The notes: generated by a model not told the origin, from the letters alone. 64,000 bases of DNA from Salpingoeca rosetta (GCA_033442325.1 JAWQFM010000003.1:2023490-2087489); one strand, 5' to 3'; counted from the first letter of the stretch, positions 29,919-48,704 are shown. Program-made: numbers and translations.

Positions 29919-29966
<48 letters not shown>

Positions 29967-31331
29967 CACGTGCATGCAAAGCGTGCGGGGGGGGGTACAT
30001 GTGTGCACATGTGTCAGCGAGAACCAAGTTTGCTGACAGCGCGCATCAACGACGAAGATAGCCATGAGAACGAACGAACACACGCCCACACACACCCTCA
30101 CACAACGCCCACACACATACATACACACACACATGCACGCACAAACCAACCGTCTGTGTGGCTGTGAGGAGCGAGGATCCCGGGAGCTGTCCCGCCCACG
30201 TGCTGTCGTCGATTTCGGGCTCGAGGGCGCCCATCCTGCCCATGAAGACCGGAGCAACGGTCCGCACCACCTCCGCAGGCAAGTGCTGGTCCTTCGAGCG
30301 CGCAACACCTCTCGTCTTCAGCTGGCGATGGATGTGGATGTGGCGGTGGTGGAAGGAGATGCAAATTTACGACAGTAACGAGCAAATTGCAGTGCAGCGT
30401 TGTGAGCACACATGTGTGTGTACATGCGTGAGTGTACATGTGTGTGTGTGGATGTCTACTCTCCCTTTTCTGTGTGCCCTCTTCTCTGCACGTCCTCGTT
30501 GACTCTCCCTTGTTCCCTTCCTTGGCACATGTACGCATGTGAACACCCACCCCTCGTTGGCGGAACGTTGAGTTGAATCCCTTCCTTCCTGTTGTGTCTG
30601 CGGGTTTCTGTGGCGCAAACGGCGGCTGGCTCTTCAGTGTGTGCGTATGGGTGTGTGTATGTGTGTGTTTGGATGCGTGCGTGTGTGTATGTATGTGTGT
30701 GCATGCGTGCGTGTGTATGTGTGGTGTGTGAGGTGCAGCAAATCGTTTGGGCAGGGGCAAAGTGGGTTGGACTCACAAGCACACTTAAACCAACCCACGA
30801 CGGGCAAGCCCATGCACACACAAACACACACACACTCACGCTCACACCCACGACCACTCAAACTCACACCCACACCCCCACCCATCTGCATCGACCAATC
30901 CCACGCATCCCATACACGAACACCAAGCACACCTGTTTCACGGGGCGGAGAGCGCCATCACCAATGTTGAGGTCGAGGTTGGTGACGGGCAGCGTGATGG
31001 TCTTCAGGACGGGCGCATGCGACGACGCAACATCGTCCCTGCCGAGATGCAATGACGCAAACGACGGCGACACGCCCATGCCCACAGCCTCCTTCATGCA
31101 GAACACGTGCATTGTCTGTGGGGACTTGGGCGGACTGCTGGTGCTGGTGTTGCGTGCCCTGGTGGCGTGGGGGACGGAGATGGCAACATACAATCGGCGT
31201 TACACATACAGCAGCAATAGAACAAAACTGCACGCATTCACGGAGTTGGTTCAAGCAAAGGCATGACAGACACGCAAAGACACAAAGACAGACAGACAGA
31301 CAGACAGGCAGAAAGGCAGATGGACGGACAC

Positions 31332-31369
<38 letters not shown>

Positions 31370-32672
31370 GAGAGACAGACGGAGACAGAATACGTACGGT
31401 GGGGCGAGGACAGCGCTGAGGCCAGACCGTGTCAACTCCCTGGATAAGAAGTGCAGGTACATGAGAGGGGGTGAGTTGCTTCGCGCGTCGTCGTGACACG
31501 AAGACACACAGACACACAGACACACAGACACACACACAGACACAGACACACACACACACACACGCACACAGACACAGACACAGACACACACACACACAAA
31601 AGCAGACAGACAGACAGACACATACACACACACACACACACAGACAGACAGACAGACAGACAGACACACCTCTGCAGAGCAAATGGCTGTGGAGTGGAGG
31701 GGGTGCGTGGCGGGCGTTCACGCGGAGTGGGATCGCCGCCTTCGCCATCGCTGTCTTCACTATCGCTCCCATCAACCCTGATGGCTGGCGGTGCCGCACT
31801 CCTCTTGACAGCGGTCCCTGTCAGTGAAAACCCGTCACGCATTCCCGTCGGTGGCGTGGACATGCCCGTGTGTGGACGCCCCGCTGGCGTGCCCACCACG
31901 CTGACAATATGGGGCAGTGTGGTGGTGGTATCAGCGTCCGCCGATGTGGGTTGCCGTAGCAGCGGCTGCTGATGATTCCCTGCTGGGGATGATGCGTCTG
32001 GCAGGGAGGCGGGTTGAAGCATGGCGCCACCACCAGTCGCTCGAGCTGTGCTCGTGTATGTCGGCACTGCATCATCGCTCAGTGGTAGTGGTGATATGAC
32101 GTCTGTTGCATCCGGAGATGAGCTCTGGTCGCCAGTTCCGTCGCCACCACTCGTTGCCTCTGCTGTTGCTGCTTGTTCGCCTTGCTGCATGCCAAGGCTG
32201 GGCTCAGGGCTGGTTGCAAGGGCAGGGGCACCGCTACCGACTGCCGTTGCCGAGTCCACGTTGTCGTCCTCTTCCTCCTCATCTCCGCTTGGCTGCAGCT
32301 CTTCAGCGGTGAATGCAAACTCCGGGAGGTCAAACGGGTTGGTAACCTCAGGCGGCGTCCCCACGTTTCGTGACAGCAGATTGTCATCTCCGTTTCTTGC
32401 GCCGCCCTGGCCTGTGCCTTCAGTGTCATCCAACAGCGCGCGCATGCGAGCGTCGTATGATCTGTGCAGCTCCCTCATGGACCCTGGCCGTGTGCTTACC
32501 GTCGCTGGCCTGGACACCACGTCACCTGCATTGGTGCATTCGCGCAGCATGCAGCAAGCCAACCACGCCATCTCATGATGAGCACATCTCAGGCAACTCA
32601 AGCATGAAACTCCTTTCCCCCAACACACAACGACCAGTCCACACACACACACAGACACACACACACACCAGT

Positions 32673-32758
<86 letters not shown>

Positions 32759-32985
32759 TGACCTTCGATGGCTGGCAGTGGCCCAGGCACGTCTGCCGCC
32801 TCTTGTTGCTGAGGATCAACAGCCGTGATGATGTGGCCGCTCTCACCACCACTACCATGCTTTTGCTGCTGCTGTTGTTGCTGTGGTTGTTGTGGTGGTC
32901 TGGAGGCTGCTGTCTTACTTCCATCGCCGCTGCCGCCTCCACCTTTCGACCCTCCAGCGCTCCCCACAACGCGCAACCCATCCAT
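21287..32985 (-). CDS. Large tetratricopeptide-repeat protein, TTC6-like; long low-complexity N-terminus, start uncertain
   Basis: Many TPR exons, e.g. AYFNRALML, AYLRRGMLY, AFFNRGVGH. The run AYLGRGNALLDMNTERSRRLSKRDFLRAIHIDP...LLEARAVVSLQ...LYNARGVV...LAYYNLAN...RQLRQA parallels the TTC6 C-terminal TPRs as recalled. Stop at 21287. Confidence 0.75.
28104..28202 (+). repeat. (AAGAAC/AAGAGC)n hexamer repeat, intronic
   Basis: Directly visible. Confidence 0.9.
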
Positions 32986-33100
32986 TCCCGTCGTCTGCTG
33001 CTGCTGCGGCTGCTTGGAAACCGTTACTACTGTTTATGGTGTCGAATACTGGTTGTTGTGGTTGTGGTTGCTAATTGCACGCAACAGGCAAAGCCGCGCC

Positions 33101-34846
33101 ATGTCAACCGCCAAGAAGCGAGTGGCTCTGACCACGGCGGAGAAGGCAGCAGTGGTGCATGAGAAGGGCAGAGATGCGTCGCTGACTCGAGAGCAACTCA
33201 TCGAGTACTGCAGTGCAAAGTTTGGCAAGCGTCCGTCGCCAGCATGCATCACAAACATCCTCAAGGATCCAAAGCGCTGGGAGGAAGCAGCAAGCGATCC
33301 TTACACAGCAAAGCGTGCCAAGCTTCGACCGAGCCCAGTTGCAGGTCTCGAAGCAGCTTTGGCCGCCTGGGTTGAGCAGCAGAAGGCCCAAAACTTCCCG
33401 CTGACAGACGAAACACTGTTGGCAAAAGCACATGCCATTGGGCAGCACACATCTCTGCCAGACCATTTCAACTTCAGCCACTCATGGCTGCTGCGATTCA
33501 AACATCGTCATGACATGTGTCAGCGCAAGCTTCACACACAGGCGGCAAGCGCGGACATGGATGGTGTTGCGCTTGCGCGTGAGGCGCTGCCCAGACTCCT
33601 CGAGCACGTTTCCCGTGATGACCTGTACAACTTGCGCGAGGCAGCTGTGTACTATACGCAGCTCCCAACTCGCACTCGTGCATCTCACCAACGTGCGGGA
33701 GCGGTCACGAACAAGCAGCGACTGACCGTTGCTCTGTGCTGCAATGCTTCTGGTACCGACAAGCTGCCGTTGTACGTGATTGGCAAGGCAGCGAACCCTG
33801 GCTGTTTTGCAAAAGGTTGGCGGTCACTTCATGATTCCGGTGCTCATTACGATTCCAACAGCAGCGCCTGGATGACCTCCACAATCTTCAACAACTTCCT
33901 CAAAGACTTCACCCGGCATGTCCAGCGGCCTGTGTGGCTGATTGTCAACAACGCACGCTCCCACATCGTCGCAGATGGCACACCAGGCACATGGTTTGGC
34001 TTGAAGGGTGTCAGTATCGGAACGGTGAACGTGGTCTTCCTTCCGCCCAACACGACGTCCCATGTGCAGCCCTTGGATGCTGGCATCATTCGCTCCTTCA
34101 AAGCGAAATACCGAGTGCGCCACCTTACCTGGCTGTCCAAGGAGCTCGAGGACACAAGCGTCACAGCTGCACGGCTGCATGTGCCCCTCGACGTTGCATT
34201 TCACTGGTGCCAGAATGCTTGGAAGGACATCAGTGTTGACACCATCCGCCATTGCTGGGATCACGCCGACATTCTCCCTGGAGACGACCACATCGACGAG
34301 CTGAACGCACTGCTAAAACCGCTCGCCTCCGACCCGCGCTTCGGCAAGGAGACCCCAACTGCCGACGCTTTGCTGAGCTCACCGATGGAAAATGTTACGG
34401 AGGTACCACACGAGCCTCGTGATCTGGAAGCGATGGTTGACCACCTTGAGGGTTCTGACGGACGGGAGGCTGGGCATGTCGGCACGTGTGATGTGGGTGA
34501 TGACGGGGACCACAACAGTGGTATGGGTGGTGTGGGTGGAATCGATGACAACGACGAAGGGGACGATGGGGAGGGTGATGTGATTTGTCTTGACGACGTG
34601 CCATCATCGTCACAGCGCCCGGCAGTCCCGAAAGTGAACGCACCCCCACCAACGCTTAGGCAAGCAAGAGAGGCGGCCACTCTTCTTCGCCGCTTCATTA
34701 CATTCCACCCGCACAAGCTCGCCAACTACCGTGACTATTTGGTTTCCCTTCGTTCGGCCCTTGACTTTATTGTGATGCCTCAAACACAGCCTACTCTGGA
34801 TGTCTTTCTCACTGATGACGCTTCTGTCGACGAGTCTGCACAGTAA
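33101..34846 (+). mobile_element. Intronless pogo/Tigger-family (CENP-B/TIGD-like) transposase-derived ORF, 581 aa, catalytic triad degenerate, no TIRs seen
   Basis: N-terminal HTH (KRVALTTAEKAAV), CENP-B-type HTH (LEAALAAWV...LTDETLLAKA...FSHSWLLRFKHRH), and DDE_1 core (RLTVALCCNASGTDKLPLYVIGK, AWMTSTIF, FLPPNTTSHVQPLDAGIIRSFKAKYR). Confidence 0.9.
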
Positions 34847-34865
34847 ACCGTCTTCCTGGCCGTAT

Positions 34866-34910
<45 letters not shown>

Positions 34911-35209
34911 CCTGCACTCTGTCAGAGTGCACTGCTGTCGCTTGTGATTTGGTTGTCTGTACTTTGCTCTGCCTTACTCTCCATGTCACACCCCACTCCC
35001 TTTTTCGCTCTCCCCGTCATGCCATCATTCACATCAAGGTCACAGCATCCCCGCCTTTCCACCCTGCCCCTGTTGTTGCTGATAGTTGTTTATGGTGCTG
35101 GCACGCGCATCACAGGGAAAAGCAGGCAATGGTGAACAGGGTCGAGCAGGCCAAAAAGCGAAAGCGAATAGCATGAAGTTGTGTTGGTAGACACGTGGTG
35201 TTACACAGA

Positions 35210-35277
<68 letters not shown>

Positions 35278-35281
35278 TGTG

Positions 35282-40539
<5,258 letters not shown>

Positions 40540-40911
40540 CTCTGTTTTGGAGCGGCCTTGCATGGCAGGAAATCGCTGTCCTTGGCTGGCGAAGAAGCAA
40601 CCCCACTAACAACCACAACGGTACTTCCAACCACGCTCAAACCCGGTTCTCCTTTGTCTCCAACCAGAACCAAGGCGCTTGCTTGCCTGCCTGCTCCACC
40701 CAACACAACAAAGAAGAACAAGGATGCGCGTTGCTTGCTTGCTTTGTTTGACCGCGGGCGACACGCAGAACGAGGTTTGAACTGCGCACGACCGCGGTCT
40801 GCGCAACATTTTCAAGCAATTATCTACAAGTGTTTGCTGACTCACACTCAGCAGACGAAGAAGATGCAGAGGACGAAGATGGAGATGAAGTTGGGGAGAC
40901 AAGCAGCAGGG

Positions 40912-43900
40912 ATGAGATGGGTTGTGTTGTTTGTGGCGGTGCGGTGGCGGTGTGTGGTAGTAGTGTTGGGGTGAATGGGGAGGACGTCTATTTCGCAGAC
41001 TGCGTCAACCTCTTCTCAGATGCATCCTGCAGCATGCCGCGTGGATCTGCCACGGTGAGCAGTTTGTGTGCGGACGTGTGTGTTGTGCTCGCAGCGTGTG
41101 CTCACACATGTAGTGATTGGTGCTTGCAGCGTGGGTGTGCAGCTTCGTTTGGTTGTCTCATGTCAGGTGTTTGTGTGACACAACGTGTACTTGTGTGACG
41201 ATCATGTGCTTGCACTGTGGCTGCGTGCATACATGTTGTTGGTGTCGTCGTCACTGTTGCAGCTTGGAAGACTGCCGCAAACCCGCTATTGTCTGCGATC
41301 CACCCAAACCTGCGCAGCAGCCCCCGATTTCCAGGTGCGCGTGGGTAAATTGCGCTCGTACCTGTGCCTGTGCTTGTGCTTGCCCTCTTTCTGCTTGACA
41401 TTGGCATTCTTGTGGTTGCCAGTCGTATGTGATGTGGCAACGAACGGGTGGATGTGCAAGAAGACACTGCACAGGTTCTAATGCAACACTTGGATCTCTG
41501 CGTGCAACAGGAAGCGTATTCCTTTGACTGCCAGAAAGACAACAGCTCCAGCATCAAGATATGGACACGCACCACACACTGTTCCCCAGATACGCCAAAC
41601 TTTAACGTGACAGGTGCGCTTCGAGGCGTGCATCTTGGGGATGGGTGTGCGAGTGAGTGAGTGAGTGAGTGAGTGAGTGAGTGAGTGAGTGAGTGAGTGA
41701 GTGAGTGAGTGAGTGAGTGAGTGAGTGAGTGAGTGAGTGAGTGAGTGAGTGAGTGAGTGAGTGAGTGAGTGAGTGAGTGAGTGAGCCCGTGTGCGTCATC
41801 TGTACGATCTCTCTGTGTCTGTTTGTGTGCATGTGTTCCAAACGTTTTGCTCTCATCAAGTCCTATATGTTGTCACCCCACCCCACCCAATCCTTTGTGC
41901 GATCGCTGTCATTGACATGCTTGCGGCATTCCAACGCCTGCAGTGCGCGCGGGCGAGTGCGTGTTCGCCTTTACCGACACGCGGCCGCCAACGGGCCCCG
42001 TGTATGTGCGCCTGGAGTGCGACGTCGAAGTGCGCGAGAGTGAGACGCGGTCGTTCCTGGTGTCCTTTGGCATCAACGCCGTGCTCGCCGTGCTGCTGCT
42101 CACCCTCTTCTGCTGCCTTCGCCACCGCCTGCCGCACTTGTACGAGACGCGCGTCGAGGAAATAGATGACATCGGAAACCTCGCCCCCGTGAGTACTGGA
42201 TCTTGCCGCGGTGTGTCGTGTGTCGTGTGTCGTGTGTGTCGTGTATCGTGTGTCGTGTGTGTGTGTGTCGTGTGTGCGTGTGTTGTGTGTCGTGTGTACT
42301 TATGCGTGTGCGCGTGTGCGTATACTTATGTGTGTGCGTGTGCGTATACTTATGTGTGTGCATGTGCTTGCGTCCATGTCCTGCACTGTCGTTGCCTGCT
42401 TTATGTGTGTTGTGTGTTTTTTCTACTGGAGTTGGTGCCCTTTGCCTTTCTCACTTGGCCCACTTCTCGTCTCGCTGTCATGATCAGAACAACCCACCAC
42501 AGCCGGGCTACTTTGGCTGGCTCACCACCTCCTTCCGTCTCACGGATCAGCAGGTGAGCACGATCAACATGGGGTAGCCATTCGCATGTGTTCATGTGTG
42601 TACGTGTATGTGTTTGTGTGAGAGCATGTGTGCTTGTTGCTTCAATCGATTACATGTTACATTACACACACACACACACACACATACGCACATACGCATA
42701 CACACATACACACACATACGCACGCACTCTCACTCCCACTCTCACGCGTGTGCACATGCCTGTGCAGATGTTTGAGCAGTGCGGGCTGGACGGGCTGATG
42801 TACACACTTCTCTTCCGCACGCTCCTCAAGGCGTTTGCCGCGTGCTTCGTGCTCACTGCCATCATCATATTGCCCGTCAACGCGCACGGCGGACTTGGCC
42901 TCACTGGTGTTGATGGCCTGTCCATCGCCAACGTGTCAGACGGCAACCAGAGCCTCAATGCGCACCTCATCCTCACGGTCGTGTACAGCGTCATCATCAT
43001 GTATGCGCTCCGACACTCGTACAGGAAGGTATCGTGCAACCGTTCAGTTGCTGCTGGCGGGTGACTCTGTGAGTGAGTGAGAGCATGTGTGTTTGTGGTT
43101 GTGTGCGTATGTGTGTGTTTGTGGTTGAGTGTATGTGTTGATATGTGCGCGCGTGTGTCGGTATGCGCGCGTAAGTGTGCGTGTGGTAGAGTTGGCTTGT
43201 GCACACGCACCCTCTTGTGGCCTCCCTCACGCCACCATCACGCCACGACGACCAGTACACCAAGTTCCGCTACCGCTACCTCGCCACAGCGCACGCCAAC
43301 AACTACGCTGTTCTCGTGCGCGACATTCCGCCCGATGTTCCCACAGATGCAGCCGTTCTCGACTACTTCAGGTGATGACCCACAGCTGCATGGGGATGCT
43401 GTGGCCGTGGTGGTGGTGGTGGTAGTGGTGGTGTTGGTGGTGTTGGTGGTCGTGGTGTGTGTGTGTGCGTGCGTGTGTGTGTGCGTGTGTGTGCGTGTGC
43501 GTACGTGTGTATGTGTGTATCGTAGTACTAGCGTTTGGCGTGCGCTTGCTCTCGTTCACACCACGGTGGCTTGTGCTTGTGTTTGTGCATTCTGTGGTGC
43601 GCCTCTGCTTTGGTGCTGGGCAGATCAATGCACGAGGGAGCCGAGCAGGTGACGCGGTTTGTGGACGTGAAGGACCTCCCAGCCATCACAAAGAAGCGAA
43701 AGCAGGTGCGCTACGCGTGCATGTCTGCAACGCGCCATTGTACACATGAGACAGGTGTACTAGTTTTGTGCACACGTGGAGACATGCACATGCATGATGT
43801 AACACTCCCGAAACACTCACCCACTTACACCCGCTCACTCACACATGTGCACACACACGCACACTCACCCACTTACACCCACTCACTCACACATATGCAC

Positions 43901-45288
43901 ACACACGCACACTCACCCACACACCTACTTGCACTCATGCAGGCGCGAAAGCAGCTTGAGCGGGCGCTGCATAAGCAGGAGCAGGGCGGGGAGGCGACGA
44001 TGCGGCGTGGCGGGTGTCTCGGCTGCGGTGGTGACGTTGTCGATGCAGTTCACCACTGGCAGACGGAACTCAACACGCTCAACGACACGGTAAGTGACTG
44101 CTGCTCGCAAACACCTCCCTGATCCACCCGGTTCAACGTCACCACCGCCTCCTATCTCACCATCCCATATGCCATCATCACCATCACCACCACCACCACC
44201 ACCACCACCACCACCACGTGGCAGTATGCGCGGCGGCTGCGCGAGGTAACGGAATCTCCGTCCTATCTTCCGAGCGCAATCGTCACGTTCAAGACTGTCA
44301 AGGACGCCACGATTGCATCACAGGTGCGCCACTCGCGCGTGCCGTTTACCTGGACGATTGATCTGGCGGCAGAGGCCCGCGACCTGCTGTGGTCGAACCT
44401 GGCACTGCCCCACACGGCCCGTCTCTCCCGCTCCGTCGCAGTCACCATCGTCACCATCATTCTCGTGCGTCTATTGGAAGAGGAGGGGAAGAGGGGAGGG
44501 GCGTTATGTGTATGTGTGCGTGTGTATGTGTGCGTGTGTATGTGTGCGTGTGTGTTTGTGTGTGCGTGTGTGGGTGTTTGCGTCTGGCTATGTGTGTTTG
44601 TTGTGTTGTGCTTTGTTTTGCGTTTGCATGTTGTGTTGGCGGGTGCGTGCATGTATGTCGACTTCATGCGAAAACGAGCTCACTGCCAAGGTGGTGGGTG
44701 CTGCTGCTGTGCGGATTGCGAATGCTCACTTGTGCTGCACGTACCCTGCGGCTTGGACATGCACACCAGATGATTGTGTGGACCATCCCAGTGTCGTTTG
44801 TCATTTCTCTCTTCTCGCTGCAGTCGCTGTCGCGTGTCATTCCCCAGCTGAAAACGTGTGTCCAGTTGTCACACACGAAGGGTGTTTTGCAATTGCACCC
44901 GGCTTGCAATCAATTTGCACCCGCTCAAACGCAAACACATTTTTACCGCACAAGCACACACAAGCACACACACACACAGACATATGTACACAGCAGCTAT
45001 TTCAACACCCTCATGTTCACTGCTTGCTTGCGCTGCCGTGGTCCTTCCCACCTCCCGTTGCTTCTGCTCGTGTCAACACAGCTACGTTGCCAACAGCTCT
45101 GTCATTGGCGGGTTTGTCGAGGGCTTCCTTGCCTCTATCATCCTGCTCATCATCATGGCGCTGATCCCGTCCGTTATGCGCTGGCTGTCGCATCTGGAGG
45201 GCCACCCGACAGAGAGCTGCGTTGGCCGCGCCAGCACCGTCAAGCTCTTCTGGTTCCAGGTGTGCTTGCGGTAGTGGCAGTAGTCGTA

Positions 45289-45370
<82 letters not shown>

Positions 45371-45797
45371 TGTGTGGGTGTGTGTGTGGGTGTGTGTGTG
45401 TGTGTGTGGGTGTGTGTGTGGGTGTGTGTGTGTGTGGACATGTGTGCGGACGTGTGTGCGTGGATGTGTGTGTACGGTTGTGAGTTGTGTGGTGTCAGCG
45501 TTTGTACAAGCGTCAGTTTTGCTTGTGCTGCATTGAACCTGCCAGCAACGCCAACGGCTCTTCTGTCTGTCTCTCTTTGTTTCTGCACCTCTTGTTTCAC
45601 ATTCACCTCTACCCGTGCACACGATGCTCTGTCCTTTCAGGTCGTGAACATCTTCCTTGTGTCTCTCGTCTTCGGCAGGTGCGCGCGCGCGTGTGTGTGC
45701 GATTTATTGTGTGCAAGCTGGTCGATCGTCATCCTCCCACTTCAATTGCTGTTGCGTTGTATTCAGCGCAGCTGACCAGTGGCACACACACACACAC

Positions 45798-45833
<36 letters not shown>

Positions 45834-45998
45834 GCACACGCACGCACACATGCAGCGTGCTGCCGATTCTTGATGACCTTCGGGACAACCCTGGGCAGCT
45901 GATTGATCTGCTTGGCGGCAGCGTGCCACGCACGGGCCTCTTCTTCACCTCGTTCGTCATGGTCAGGGGTGAGTCACGCCTCGAGTGTTGGCGCTTCC

Positions 45999-46036
<38 letters not shown>

Positions 46037-48301
46037 GGACACGAGTGTGCGGAACGTTGTTTGCAGCAACGCAGTCACGGCCACATGGTTTGTGCGTGGA
46101 GCACACCCATACCTCCATATCCACACACATACACACGCAAACACGCATCAAGTACACTTCTTTGCTTTATACGCATATATACCCCCTTCTTCTTCTCAAG
46201 TACACGCACGCACGCTCACGCACGACGCACGCACGCTTACGCACGACCCACCACTGGCACCCTCTCGTGCACCTCCACCCAGCGTGTGTTGGGTATCCTG
46301 TGCAGCTGCTGCGGGTGGCGGAAGCGCTCGTGTCGTTTTTCTCGTATGTCTTCTTCTCCGCAACGCCCGCAGAACGCAACGAGGCGTTCAAGGCGATCCA
46401 CTTTGACATCCCAGCGTACATCTCAGGTGTGGCTGTGTGCATGTATGATCCACGTGCACATGTTGGTGGAAGCGTGCACCTGTTCTCACCACCACTCATC
46501 ATACAGGCCACGTGCACACATGTCACTCAAGCACACGCTCATTCACACATTTACACGATGCCTGTGTATCTCTTCACACTCACTTCTCCACACACACACA
46601 CACACTGCAGCGGATATGCTTGTGATTTTGGTTGGCATGACGTTCAGCAACGTCAACCCCATTATCGTGCCGTTCTTCCTGCTGTATCTTGCACTCGGTT
46701 ACATCACCAACCGCTACCTCCTCTTCTTCGTGTACAAGCAGGTAACAGCTCATTGCTCGCGTAATGTAGAGGAGGGGGGGGAGGGATGGGGTTAGGTGGT
46801 ATGGGCTTTGGCCACGTACGTGTATGCGTGCGTGATGCTGTCACGTAGGCAGTGCAACTCCTCATCATTTATATGACTCGCTTTCACACTCACATTCCTT
46901 TCTTCACTCTGTTACACACACACACACACACACGCACACACACACACACACACACACGCACACTTGTAGCGATATGACAGTGGCGGGCAGCTGTGGCCGC
47001 TGATCTTCAACCAGCTGATGATGTGTTTGATCATCTCCCAAATCGCTGTTGCAGCCGTGCTCGCCGTCAAGACAATGATCGTCCAAGTGCGTGTGTGCCT
47101 GTTTGATTGATGTAATTGTTCATATGTGTGTGTACATGTATGTGTGTGTACATGTATGTGTGTGTACATGTATGTGTGTATACTTGTATGTGTACATGTG
47201 TGTGTGTGTTCTTTCGTCCAGAGACAGGGCACTGGCCACCATATCACCCAAACGTTGTTTCTGATTTCTTTGCCTTTGCTCACATCTGGTTGCGTTGCGT
47301 GTTTGGTTGTGGGCCTCCCTTGTGCAGGCGTGCTTGCTGCTGGTGCTCGTTATGGCCACTGGTGTGTTCTGGTACTACATGCACACTGTAAGTTGAGCAT
47401 GCGCACGCATTTGTGCATGTGTTGTGCATGTGTGTATTTGAGCATGCGTGTAGTTGAGCATGTATTTGTGCGTGCTTGTGTTTGAGCGCGTGTTATTGTG
47501 CGTGTGCACCTTAAGCGCCTCTGCGTGCTTGTGTATTTCAGTTGCAATTCTTTCCTCCCTCCTCTTCTTCTAATCTACACACGCACGCTTGTTGTTGTTG
47601 CTCTTGACTTGCTTCCGCACTGCGGTGTTCAACAGGGGCGCGGCCAGGTTGGCAATGACCTTGCGCTGGAAGTGGCCGTGAGCGTGGACTCTCCAATGCC
47701 TTCAGACTTGGCCCGCACATACAAGCAGGTACGAGGTGTCTTGCTTGGTGGCTTGGTGCGCTCACATGTTACGCACGTGAGACGTGCGTGTTCGCTGCGT
47801 TTTGTGTACCGCTTCTTTTGAGCGCTTTCTCTTGTCTATCCGCTTGTTGTGCCTCCCTCTGCCTCCCTCCTCGTTCTTCTCCTTCTCCTCCTTTTGTCTC
47901 CGCTTCGCCTCTTCCTCCTCACGTGCGCTTCTGTGCATGGTTGTGTCTCTCTGTTGCCTGTTGTGCTGCAGCCTGAGCTGAAGGAGGAAGTGGCCATGAA
48001 GCCTCGGCACGGGCCAGCGCGAGCCGCCAAAGTGCACCCGACAACCACGGCGCACGCGAGACCGAAGGTAAGGCCTTGCAAGCGTGTGTGCGTGTCTGGT
48101 TGCACGCGTGCTGCGTTTTGTTTTGTTTTGGGTGTGGGCAGGCAGGCATGCTTGCTTGTTTGGTCTCAACATCTCCTCATTTCATCATGAACAACACACA
48201 CACAATTTACACACACAATGTACACACACACACACACACACAATGTTCACACACAATGTTCACACACAATGTACACACCCAACGTCGACACACACAATGT
48301 A

Positions 48302-48367
<66 letters not shown>

Positions 48368-48378
48368 GCACACACAAT

Positions 48379-48444
<66 letters not shown>

Positions 48445-48463
48445 ACACACACACCCACCCATC

Positions 48464-48539
<76 letters not shown>

Positions 48540-48704
48540 ATGTACGCGCTTCAGAAGCAAGCAACGGGTCGGAAAGGTGGAGAGGCATCCCCGTTGCTGC
48601 CAACAAGAGCGACACCCGATTCTCGGCACCGCACGGGCTCAGACTACCTCCTGTACACCACAAACAACTCGGACAACGCAGCATCCGAGGCGCAGGAAGC
48701 CTGA
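40912..48704 (+). CDS. OSCA/TMEM63 (CSC1/ERD4-like) mechanosensitive channel with extra N-terminal Cys-rich ectodomain; start ambiguous (40912 or 40917)
   Basis: TM0 FLVSFGINAVLAVLLLTLFCCLR, CGLDGLMY, ILPVNAHG...LSIANV, YAVLVRDIP, SAIVTF, AAEARDLLWSNL, WTIPVSFV, KLFWFQVVN, LGGSVPRTGLFFTSFV, YDSGGQLWP. Stop at 48702-48704. Confidence 0.88.
41651..41785 (+). repeat. (GAGT)n tetranucleotide microsatellite, intronic
   Basis: Uninterrupted gagt run of about 130 bp. A similar tract lies at about 28695-28785. Confidence 0.95.
48192..48537 (+). repeat. Long compound (CA)n tract, intronic; representative of dozens of (CA)n/(GT)n/(CAGA)n tracts in the window
   Basis: Directly visible. Confidence 0.95.

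Noticed and set aside
33067-33086. gttgct...gcaac as an RFX X-box for the TTC6-like gene
   Set aside because: Half-site spacing is too long for the canonical X-box.
32825-33100. N-terminal 92 aa of the 673-aa ORF
   Set aside because: Antisense to the TPR gene's exon. Transposase homology starts at ATG 33101.
33031-35097. 11-bp direct repeat tgtttatggtg (33031 and 35087) flanking the transposase as a possible TSD
   Set aside because: pogo/Tigger elements duplicate TA, and no TIRs lie inside the repeats. Probably chance.
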